The notes below the pieces were generated by a model, which did not search any database, had not been told where the DNA came from, and saw only the letters and a list, made by a program, of their open reading frames with translations. Of a DNA stretch of 64,000 nt, positions 27,430 through 35,547 are shown piece after piece. The DNA is from a virus (Duplodnaviria > Caudoviricetes), in IMG/VR virus record IMGVR_UViG_3300037400_006508, positions 32,001 through 96,000 of that record. One strand, 5' to 3'. The first letter of the stretch is position 1, and each line of letters starts with the position of its first letter. The position numbers and the translations under genes were made by a program.

Positions 27430-29264
27430 CGCAGGAAGTCGTACCGGTATTGTACAGCATAGATCTGGCGCACGAGAAGTACCAGATCGTGGACGCGTTC
27501 ACACTGTTCCTTTCGTCGCTGGCAAGCGTATGCAAGAACAGCTCGAAGGCGCTCGATGTAGCAATCGTGTGCAGGGGATGGGAGTCCAGGCACCATGACG
27601 CGGTACGGCTGGTCATGAGCTACGCCCCTTCGGGGAGCCGGGTTTCGTTCGTGGACAACATCGATGAAAAGTACGATGACCTGCGTAGGGTCAAGTCGTC
27701 CATAGATTCGCACGGATGGCCGAAGTGCATCATGGACCGGCTGGCCATACGCAGCATATTCACGGGCTACGGCTGGGCGTTCTTCCTCGACATGGACGTC
27801 CTCTTTTCCGACGATATCTTCAACTCCATGAAGGATGCGGAGGACGACGTCGCCTTCTACGCCGTTCCGGACGGGTACATAACCCAGGTGAAGGGAAAGG
27901 ACCGGGAGGAAGAGGTGTCCAAGCATCGCGGGATACCCAGGTTCTCGGCCGGGTGCGTGCTTTGCAACATGTCGTTGTTCCCCACGCTGAAGCAGTGCGT
28001 GGACTATTACTTCGACAACAAGGCCGACATGGATTCCAATTGCTTCACGATGGAGCAGGACATAATGTCGTACTACGCGTGGGACAAGGGCCTGAAGACA
28101 GCCTGTTTCGACAGTACCACGCACACCCTGCCGTTCCTGTACTGGGAAAGCGTCCCCGACTCCGATGTGGAGTACTGCTACTCGAGGTTCGGCGTCAAGG
28201 GCGCAAGGAAGCCCACGTTCAACGGGATCAAGTGCCTACACATGGCGGGGAAGGGGAAGGAACGCGGATTCTACGACCCCGACAGCGACGAGTACAGGTT
28301 CTCGAAGGAGTACAGGAGGATAGCCGATCGCGCCATAGACGCGACTACCTTGTCGTATCCGATGGTTCTCAAGAAGTTCGCAAGGGCCACCGACGTCGTA
28401 AGAAGGACGTCGCCCAACAGGCCGTTCAGCGACGAGCCGCACAGGCGTACCGTCGTCTATTCGAATTCGGGGTCCGAAAGGTGGAGGGACTTTCTTACGC
28501 CTTCCGTGCTTTCTCTGTCCTCGCATTCGTCGGTCGATCTGAGGATAGTCGTCCTGGAGAACGCCGGAAACGCCTCTTCGCCGTACGACAAGGACTTGTT
28601 GAGGAAGGCCGCCGGGGAACGGAACTACGTAGAGTACAGGGAGGTGGACCTGGACCTCGGCATTTTTTCGGACAACAGGTGGACCGGTGTAAATCTCCAC
28701 AAGCTGTTCATGCACTCCATTCTTGGTGACATAGACGACTACTGCCTCTTCATGGACAGCGACGTGATGGTGATCGACGACATAGGTCCTTTGTTCTCGG
28801 TCTGCGACGCGCAGCCTACGAAGGACAAGTTTCTCGGCACGTTGAACTGGTTCCACTTCACCGACAGGCATCCAATACCCGTGCAGCCGGCCGGCGGATT
28901 CTTCTTCATGCACCCGAACGGATATCCGGCCAGAGCCGCGTACAAGAGGATGTTCACGTCGGAATGGCACGACAACGATGAATACGTCATAGGCGACTGC
29001 GTGGATCCGTCTGATTTCGTAAATCTCGACAATGCCAGCATAGAGGCCATAACCGAGGGGGGAGCAAACGGACAGGAAAGGAGGGACAGGCTGGCCAAGG
29101 CCGGAATACCGGAAGGAAGGGTGTTCGCCGTCCATTTCCTGTCGTCGTCCGTCAGCGACAGGTTCAACAGGCTCAGGATGAGGAAGGACTTCAGGAGGTA
29201 CGTAGACGACTGGAACGTCTACCGCAGGCTGGCCGGGTTCGTATACGGGAGGGAACCGTCATGA
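27426..29264 (+). CDS. tandem two-domain GT-A (GT8-like) glycosyltransferase
   Basis: Two DxD motifs (FFLDMDVLF, LFMDSDVMV), each followed by xAGxx, EQD/NDE and late His motifs. Confidence 0.8.
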   Translation: MTQEVVPVLYSIDLAHEKYQIVDAFTLFLSSLASVCKNSSKALDVAIVCRGWESRHHDAVRLVMSYAPSGSRVSFVDNIDEKYDDLRRVKSSIDSHGWPKCIMDRLAIRSIFTGYGWAFFLDMDVLFSDDIFNSMKDAEDDVAFYAVPDGYITQVKGKDREEEVSKHRGIPRFSAGCVLCNMSLFPTLKQCVDYYFDNKADMDSNCFTMEQDIMSYYAWDKGLKTACFDSTTHTLPFLYWESVPDSDVEYCYSRFGVKGARKPTFNGIKCLHMAGKGKERGFYDPDSDEYRFSKEYRRIADRAIDATTLSYPMVLKKFARATDVVRRTSPNRPFSDEPHRRTVVYSNSGSERWRDFLTPSVLSLSSHSSVDLRIVVLENAGNASSPYDKDLLRKAAGERNYVEYREVDLDLGIFSDNRWTGVNLHKLFMHSILGDIDDYCLFMDSDVMVIDDIGPLFSVCDAQPTKDKFLGTLNWFHFTDRHPIPVQPAGGFFFMHPNGYPARAAYKRMFTSEWHDNDEYVIGDCVDPSDFVNLDNASIEAITEGGANGQERRDRLAKAGIPEGRVFAVHFLSSSVSDRFNRLRMRKDFRRYVDDWNVYRRLAGFVYGREPS

Positions 29265-29986
29265 TGCCCGGCACGGCGATAGTACCGTTTGCAAGCGTGT
29301 CGCTGCACGACGCGTCCCTGGTGTATTCGTGCCTGTCCGAGCTGTCCTCCATCGGGTGCAGGCAGGCCATCGTGCAGTGCGGGTCCGGCAGGTGCAGGGA
29401 CGCGTTCTTCGAGTATGCCGCCTCCGTACGGGGCAAGGAGAACCTCGGCATCAGGTGTTCCGTGGAGATCGCGAGGTCGACGTGCGGCAACGGCGTTACG
29501 GCCGTAGGGCACTTGCTGCTTTCGTCGGTCGAGCATCCGTACCTTTCAGGGGAGAGAACGGCGTTGCTATGCCCGCCGTGGTGGTCGAAGAACAGGGACT
29601 ACCGGGAGCTGGACTGCTTTTCGCTGGCCGACAACGACGATGTCGTGTCCGTCATGCTATCAGGATGGTACTGGGCTTTTTGCGGCGGAAAGATGAACTA
29701 CGTGCCACGCGACTGCAGGTACGAAGGGTGCCATGCGGTTCGGTCCTGGTACCGTTGCGAGAACCATGTGTTCAACGCCGATGCGCCGCAGATCGTGAAT
29801 CTCAGGCATTTCAGGCACGGCGGAATACTGGAGGACCTGGGCGAGTACAACGGCGTGCTGAGGCACGTCAGGTCGAGCTATTGGGGAAGGGACGACATCA
29901 ACATGGTGCTTGTGCCGAAGGACGTCAAACCCATGTTCGACGATGTTCTCGGGATGGATCCCGGATACAGGAGCGAGCCATGCTGA
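29261..29986 (+). CDS. hypothetical protein in glycosyltransferase cluster
   Basis: ATGA-coupled between two GT genes. Confidence 0.65.
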   Translation: MMPGTAIVPFASVSLHDASLVYSCLSELSSIGCRQAIVQCGSGRCRDAFFEYAASVRGKENLGIRCSVEIARSTCGNGVTAVGHLLLSSVEHPYLSGERTALLCPPWWSKNRDYRELDCFSLADNDDVVSVMLSGWYWAFCGGKMNYVPRDCRYEGCHAVRSWYRCENHVFNADAPQIVNLRHFRHGGILEDLGEYNGVLRHVRSSYWGRDDINMVLVPKDVKPMFDDVLGMDPGYRSEPC

Positions 29987-31656
29987 AGCTGTTCCAGTTC
30001 GACGAGGGGAAGCCCAGGATGATTTCCCTGCGCACGATGTTCCTGCCGTCCCACGTGTTCATCGTGGGAGGCAGCCCGTATCTGAAGAAGCAGAACTACA
30101 AGCTGCTGGAGAGCAGGGGTGTGTTCTCCATAGGGCTCAACAACGTAAGCCGCCTGGTAAGGACGTCCTGTTGCATGACGTTCGACAACCCGAAATGCTA
30201 TTACAGGAGCGTATTGCTGGATTCCGGCATGACGAAGCTGGCGCGCCTCCAGCATTCCAACGACGAGGTTCTGGACGGCACAAGATGGAACTCGATACCA
30301 AATACCCTTTTCTTCAACCACAAGAACGGGCCTCTTTCGGAGGGGTCCCTTGGGTCTGACGAGCTTGTGTGCCCGAACTCGGTGCTAGCCTCGGCCGTTG
30401 CGTTCGCCCTGGCCACCGGCACCAAGAAGATCATACTGTCCGGGTGCGATTTCGAGGCCGGCGGCTATTGTTACTCGGATGACAAGCTGAAGGGCGACAA
30501 GCTGGAGTGGAACGACCTGCTGTACAACGAGCAGATAGACTGGCTGGTCGGGCTCAAGCCGATGCTCGACAGGATGGGGGTGTCGATCATAGACACCAGC
30601 TACAGGTCCAAGCTTGGCGGCGTGTACCAGCAGTGCTCCATAGATTTCGCGGTCAAAAACATAGTCAGCGGGAACGACAGGGTCGATGAAGGGCACAAGC
30701 CGGGACACGTGTTCGACTACATAGACAAGGTGGCCGTAAAGGTGCCCGAAAGAATGGAGGTCGCACGCGCAAGGAGGAGAAGGATAGGAAGCGGCGTACC
30801 GGTTGTTTCGGCGCTTGACGTGCGCGACGACGGGTTCGACGGCAACACGTACGTCCTCATTTGCCTGTGCTTCCTGCATTCCCTGTCCGAGTCGAATCCC
30901 GGAAGGAAGGTGTATCTGTTCCTGAGCGGAGAGCGGGAGAAGCATCTCAGGATGATCAAAAGAGCGGCCAAGGGACTCGATCTCAAGATCGTACGGCTCT
31001 CGGAGGAGAAGAAAAAGATGATACCGGTGCAGGGCCAGCGTGGGTTCTCGACGAACCTCAGGTGTGCCCTTCCGAAACTTCTTGTCAACGAGGACAGGTG
31101 CATATGGATGGACTGCGACCTGATCGTGAACGACAACCTGGACTGGCTGGAGGAGGAGGCCGACAGGGCCTGGGAGCTGAACGGCAGGAAGCATTTCTTC
31201 CAGGGCTGCATAGATCTGGGCTACTGCTCCACCGACCAGAGTCTCGTTTACACCAACGCGGGGGTCGAGTTCATTCGCATGAAGGAGCTGCGCGACACGG
31301 GAATGGACGACGAGCTCCTGCATTTGTGCGAGATATGGAGCAGGAACGGCGCGTACGACAACAAGGCGTCGGACCAGAACACGATAAACGCCATGGGCGC
31401 CGATTACATTTCGCCGACGTGGAACGTGACCGAGCTGACGGTCCACAACAACTACGCCCAGGACAGGGTGCTGTGGGAGGATTATGGGCGCGTGTTCCAT
31501 TACATCGGATACAAATGGCTCATACCGAAGAGGAAAAACAAGATGGTGGACAGGCTGTCGGACAGGATGAAAAAGGTCAAAAAGGACCTGGGGGACGGCA
31601 TATTCGATTTCGACGGCGGCGGCTTTTGGCAGGAGTTCTGCAACAGACAGGAGTAA
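29980..31656 (+). CDS. DUF115/Maf-like domain fused to GT8 glycosyltransferase
   Basis: VFIVGGSPYL...IGLNN...GTKKIILSGCDF, then RCALPKLL...IWMDCDLIV...NAGV...DQNTIN...HYIG; start ATG 29980. Confidence 0.8.
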   Translation: MLKLFQFDEGKPRMISLRTMFLPSHVFIVGGSPYLKKQNYKLLESRGVFSIGLNNVSRLVRTSCCMTFDNPKCYYRSVLLDSGMTKLARLQHSNDEVLDGTRWNSIPNTLFFNHKNGPLSEGSLGSDELVCPNSVLASAVAFALATGTKKIILSGCDFEAGGYCYSDDKLKGDKLEWNDLLYNEQIDWLVGLKPMLDRMGVSIIDTSYRSKLGGVYQQCSIDFAVKNIVSGNDRVDEGHKPGHVFDYIDKVAVKVPERMEVARARRRRIGSGVPVVSALDVRDDGFDGNTYVLICLCFLHSLSESNPGRKVYLFLSGEREKHLRMIKRAAKGLDLKIVRLSEEKKKMIPVQGQRGFSTNLRCALPKLLVNEDRCIWMDCDLIVNDNLDWLEEEADRAWELNGRKHFFQGCIDLGYCSTDQSLVYTNAGVEFIRMKELRDTGMDDELLHLCEIWSRNGAYDNKASDQNTINAMGADYISPTWNVTELTVHNNYAQDRVLWEDYGRVFHYIGYKWLIPKRKNKMVDRLSDRMKKVKKDLGDGIFDFDGGGFWQEFCNRQE

Positions 31657-31659
31657 AAA

Positions 31660-32679
31660 ATGGACGAAAGAATGGCACCGAAGATCAACAGGGGCATGAC
31701 GGACGAGCCGCGTGTGCCGCATGCGAATGCCGCCGGCGTTCAGACCGGGAAGCCGGGGTTGCTTCCTAACAGGGTCTACGTGTCGTCCGGCGGCGAGGAG
31801 AACGCCGTGGACTACATGACGGCATGGAGCCGCGCCCAGCAGCGCAAGGCCGGGACGCTGCCTCCTTTGAAGGGGGGCATAGACGATGATTCGCCCGAGC
31901 TGTACAGGCATCCGGAGGCCACTCCGTTCGGAAAGACGTTCGCCGCGCAGCACAAGGCGCTTGACGGCGACGACGTAGACAGGCTGAGGGCTCCCGACGA
32001 GATAGCGAAGCCGGTTCCGCCTCCGTCGGAGCCGCCCAGGACGGAGATACCTCCTCCGGCGGAGAAGCCGCTTGCGTACGATACCCGCCCTGCGACGGTC
32101 GGGCAGCCCGTTCAAGTGCAGCCCATCGAGTTTCTTCCGGGGGGATTCGGCGAGCCTGTGGATACCAAGGGGTACGAGACGGGCGTCCAGTCTCGTCCGG
32201 TTCCCCTTGCGTCGACCGTAAGGCCGTCCCATGCGGTTGAACAGCAGCAGCTTCAGTACCAGCCGGTGCAGGTCGTCGAGAAGCCGGTCTACGTCACCAA
32301 GGAGGTTCCGGTATTCAAGGAGGTCGAAAAGATCGTCGAGAAGCCGGTCGAAAAGATCGTCGAGGTCGAGAAGCCGGTCGAGACGGAGTTTTCCAAGTGG
32401 TACGCCAAGCGTTGCCGCGTTCAGCTGGCCACGCCCGAGATGACTTTCACGGTTTCGGCGATAGCCGTGTCCAGATCCATCCACGGCGTTACGGTTTTTC
32501 TGGCCACGGAAGGCGATTCCATGACGTTCATACCGAGGGCCGGCACGCACATAAAGCTGGCGTTCGACGGCAAGGTGGAGTCGACTATCTTCACGGGCGT
32601 CTCGTTCGAGATCGAGGACCTCAAGCTCATGGGTTTGTGCTTCCTGATCAGGGAGGACGGGACAGACGAGAAGAAATGA
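31660..32679 (+). CDS. Pro-rich protein with VEKP repeats and globular C-terminal domain
   Basis: AGGAG RBS; VEKPV/EKIVE repeats ~32275-32385. Confidence 0.8.
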   Translation: MDERMAPKINRGMTDEPRVPHANAAGVQTGKPGLLPNRVYVSSGGEENAVDYMTAWSRAQQRKAGTLPPLKGGIDDDSPELYRHPEATPFGKTFAAQHKALDGDDVDRLRAPDEIAKPVPPPSEPPRTEIPPPAEKPLAYDTRPATVGQPVQVQPIEFLPGGFGEPVDTKGYETGVQSRPVPLASTVRPSHAVEQQQLQYQPVQVVEKPVYVTKEVPVFKEVEKIVEKPVEKIVEVEKPVETEFSKWYAKRCRVQLATPEMTFTVSAIAVSRSIHGVTVFLATEGDSMTFIPRAGTHIKLAFDGKVESTIFTGVSFEIEDLKLMGLCFLIREDGTDEKK

Positions 32680-32680
32680 C

Positions 32681-32709
32681 TTGCTTTAGAAGCGGATTTG
32701 TGATATTTT
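32681..32709 (+). promoter_or_regulatory. possible sigma70-like promoter
   Basis: TTGCTT-N17-TATTTT with TGn. Confidence 0.45.
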
Positions 32710-32736
32710 AACCGGCGAACGAACGTTGAGAACAGC

Positions 32737-33063
32737 ATGGCCGCCCCGTACCAGCAGATGATGTCGATAAAGGTCCCCGATCGATTGGTCGCATTCGAGA
32801 AGAGGGAGTTCGACGAACATGGAGAGAGTACAGCTGGGGTGGCCCTTTTCGGAGAACACGCGCAGTTCCGCGTGGCCGCGTCCGAGATCGGAAGGCGGGT
32901 GGCCAACCGCCTGAGGGAGGCGAGGAGCAAGAGGGTCCGGAAGGTTCAGCTGGTAATGGAGTTCCCGATATCGGATTTTGTGAAGGTTGAAGACGATTTC
33001 AAGAAGGAACAGAAGGCTGAAGGAAGAACGAAAAGGAGGAAAAGAGATGAAGAAGAGAGCTGA
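32737..33063 (+). CDS. hypothetical protein
   Basis: ORF downstream of putative promoter. Confidence 0.6.
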   Translation: MAAPYQQMMSIKVPDRLVAFEKREFDEHGESTAGVALFGEHAQFRVAASEIGRRVANRLREARSKRVRKVQLVMEFPISDFVKVEDDFKKEQKAEGRTKRRKRDEEES

Positions 33064-33142
33064 TTCGAAGATGATTTCTCGTACGGGGGAGATGAAATTC
33101 CCCACGTACAGGTATACAACACCAACCCCCAATACAAAAGAC

Positions 33143-34081
33143 ATGGGAAAGAAAGACGAAAAGCCGGCCAAGCCGGAAAACAAGATCATGACTGTCGACG
33201 TGGCGTCCAAGGAGGGCAGGGAGATCCTTGCCAAGATGGGCGAGACGATCGCAAACGATCTTGCGCAGTACAAGCAGGCCGTCGGCGCCGCCAGGGCGCT
33301 GTGCGAGTTCCTGGAGGGCAGGCTCGCCAAGATCAGCAACGACGGAAAGGGCTTCTGCGCCGTGATGTCGAAGCTATTTCCGGACCTGGCTCCTTCGTGC
33401 GGGACGGAGCGCGGGGCCGGACTGCCGGAGATGCTGCTGGGCAGCACGAGGTTCAAGATCGACCCGAAGGACATCGAGTTCCGCCGTGTGCCGAAGTACG
33501 ACACCAAGGATTCGATCGCGTTCTGTGTCACGGTAAGGAGCTCGTCCGAGAAGGACGGCTGCACGGAGTCCGTGTCCGAGTCGTTCATTCTCAACGTCTC
33601 CAACAACTACCACGATTCTGTCGCCGCGTTCGACAAGGCGATCTCCGGTCTCGAGTTCGTCAAGTTCGAGGAGAAGACGGCCGACACGTGCAAGTGCAAG
33701 AAGGAATGCGCGGGAAAGTGCGACGGAAAATGCAAGACCGGAAAGAAGGACGTTTCCTTCTCCAAGGTGCTTGCATCCAGGAAGGCGCTCGAGGGCCTCA
33801 AGCAGTTTCTGCTGAAGGGTTCGAGCTACGCCGTGCCGTCCACCAGGTTCAAGGTCCTTTTCGACAAGGTCGACAGGAAGAGCCAGAAGTTCGTCTACGA
33901 GCTCCGTTTCTTCCAGAAGAACTACAGGAAGGACGAGACGCAGTCGTACGAGCGCGCCCTTCTCCGGATCCGGATGGACGGAGATTGCGGCGACCTCATA
34001 GTCAAGCGGTTCGACAAGGCTGTAGGAGAACTCAGGTTCAACGAGTTCCCGAAGAAGCCGGCCACACCCAGGAAGAAGTAA
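33143..34081 (+). CDS. hypothetical protein with internally duplicated domain and Cys/Lys linker
   Basis: STRFK...FDKA..L.F..F..K occurs twice; linker CKCKKECAGKCDGKCK; start uncertain. Confidence 0.7.
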   Translation: MGKKDEKPAKPENKIMTVDVASKEGREILAKMGETIANDLAQYKQAVGAARALCEFLEGRLAKISNDGKGFCAVMSKLFPDLAPSCGTERGAGLPEMLLGSTRFKIDPKDIEFRRVPKYDTKDSIAFCVTVRSSSEKDGCTESVSESFILNVSNNYHDSVAAFDKAISGLEFVKFEEKTADTCKCKKECAGKCDGKCKTGKKDVSFSKVLASRKALEGLKQFLLKGSSYAVPSTRFKVLFDKVDRKSQKFVYELRFFQKNYRKDETQSYERALLRIRMDGDCGDLIVKRFDKAVGELRFNEFPKKPATPRKK

Positions 34082-34087
34082 AAAAAG

Positions 34088-34426
34088 ATGTTCGGTATTG
34101 ACAAAAAGGAAAAAGATGGCATCCTTGTAAGAAACTGCTCCACAAGGAGCGTTCTCGAGCGTATGGGTGCCGCGTTGGGCGATTTCAAGCACGAGTCCGG
34201 CAGGTACGTGGTCTTCGGCGACGACGTCACGCTTGAATCGATCAGGAAGTGGTCCAACGACAACGGTTTCTATTCCAAGGTAAGCGAACTCGGTCCGGTC
34301 ACCGTGGTGGACATCATGGTCGACAGGGAGAAGGGAAACCTTCCGATGCACGGCAGGATACGCCGCCAGCGCCCGGACAGGAGGAAGCAGCAGGAGGAGT
34401 GGAACCCTTCGGACAACAACGACTAG
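34088..34426 (+). CDS. hypothetical protein
   Basis: ORF in gene array; start uncertain. Confidence 0.55.
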   Translation: MFGIDKKEKDGILVRNCSTRSVLERMGAALGDFKHESGRYVVFGDDVTLESIRKWSNDNGFYSKVSELGPVTVVDIMVDREKGNLPMHGRIRRQRPDRRKQQEEWNPSDNND

Positions 34427-34430
34427 GTTT

Positions 34431-34550
34431 GGCGCACGTGGACTAATAACCGGTTTGTGAAGGATGAGTGATGCATGTTGGTTGACGGGAAAAGGACGGT
34501 AAGTCGGTGAGCAGATGCGGGTAAAGTCCCGCCGTGCGCCTTTGTTTGGT
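34431..34550 (+). other. intergenic structured element followed by U-rich tract
   Basis: GGCGCACG/CGTGCGCC closing stem; GGACT/AGTCC; ACCGGTTT/AAGTCGGT. Confidence 0.4.
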
Positions 34551-34557
34551 TGTTGAG

Positions 34558-35157
34558 ATGACGAAGAGGGAAGAGCTGAAGAGGAAGTACAAGAAGCTGG
34601 GCTGGGAGCTTCCGGCCCGCATGGAGCGCCTGTCCGAGGACGCGATAGCCAAGTACGTCGCAAGGGCCGACGCGGAGCTGTTCAAAAGGAAGAATCCGGA
34701 GGAGGACGATCTTTACTCCGCCCCTCCGGTGAAGCCTGCGCCGGTTCCGGAGGTCGATATCGACCTTGACGACGGCCTTTCGGACTGCGAGGACGAGATA
34801 CGGACCAAGCAGGTGCTGCCCGACCTGGTCGAAGAGTGCGCCGAGCACCTGAAGACGGCCCTCCGGCTTTACATCAAACGGAGGATGTGGCTTTCCACGT
34901 CAGACCACAGGAACGATCCGGAGGTCGTCGAATACCTGGCGCAGGCCAAGAAGGCCGTCGCACGCGCCGTATGCTGCATCGTTACGCAGGAGGGCAACGG
35001 ATACGAGCGCGGATCCAGGATGATGCAGCTGTTCGACACCGCCATAACGGAGATGAGGAACGAGTTCACGGACGCTCTGGTGGCCACCGCCGTGATGAAC
35101 ACCCTGCTGTCAGACAAGCATCAGGTCGAAATGGCCATGACGATGAGGAACAAGTAA
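34558..35157 (+). CDS. hypothetical protein
   Basis: ATG 34558; typical codon usage. Confidence 0.75.
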   Translation: MTKREELKRKYKKLGWELPARMERLSEDAIAKYVARADAELFKRKNPEEDDLYSAPPVKPAPVPEVDIDLDDGLSDCEDEIRTKQVLPDLVEECAEHLKTALRLYIKRRMWLSTSDHRNDPEVVEYLAQAKKAVARAVCCIVTQEGNGYERGSRMMQLFDTAITEMRNEFTDALVATAVMNTLLSDKHQVEMAMTMRNK

Positions 35158-35372
35158 TGGAAAAGAGGAATGTTGCAACCTCCGTCAGGGAGGTCGATTC
35201 GTCCGACATAGACGACGCCATCGGGGATGCCGCCAAGGTCATCGCCGGTGTTTCGGACGAGGTCAAGAAGGCTTGCGCGGACATCGCCGCGGCCCGCGAG
35301 TCGGCCCGCAAGGCGAGGGAGGCGGACGAAGCCGCCGAACGCGGTCTGCTCGATATGGCGTCGGTAAAGTAG
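35157..35372 (+). CDS. small Ala-rich helical protein
   Basis: TAATG overlap. Confidence 0.65.
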   Translation: MEKRNVATSVREVDSSDIDDAIGDAAKVIAGVSDEVKKACADIAAARESARKAREADEAAERGLLDMASVK

Positions 35373-35404
35373 GTTTTACGCAACAGCTGTATGATCATGC
35401 GCGA

Positions 35405-35434
35405 TTGACCTGTCGCGCATGCATGCTTTATAGT
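35405..35434 (+). promoter_or_regulatory. sigma70-like promoter for the tRNA
   Basis: TTGACC-N18-TATAGT, 11 nt upstream of tRNA. Confidence 0.6.
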
Positions 35435-35445
35435 GTATTGAGCAC

Positions 35446-35522
35446 TGCGGGGTAGAGCAACCCGGTAGCTCGGCAGATTCATAATCTGTAGGTTGTTGGT
35501 TCAAATCCAACCCCCGCAACCA
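35446..35522 (+). tRNA. tRNA-Met(CAT), initiator-like body
   Basis: 77-nt cloverleaf: acceptor TGCGGGG/CCCCGCA, anticodon arm GCAGA-TTCATAA-TCTGT, T-loop GGTTCAAATCC, encoded CCA. Confidence 0.93.
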
Positions 35523-35547
35523 ATTTTTTCATCGCAAGGGACAAGAC

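Noticed and set aside
29329-29979. N-terminal extension of the 775-aa ORF
   Set aside because: Arg-rich shadow overlapping gene 29261-29986. ATG 29980, with an AGGAG RBS, is the more credible start.
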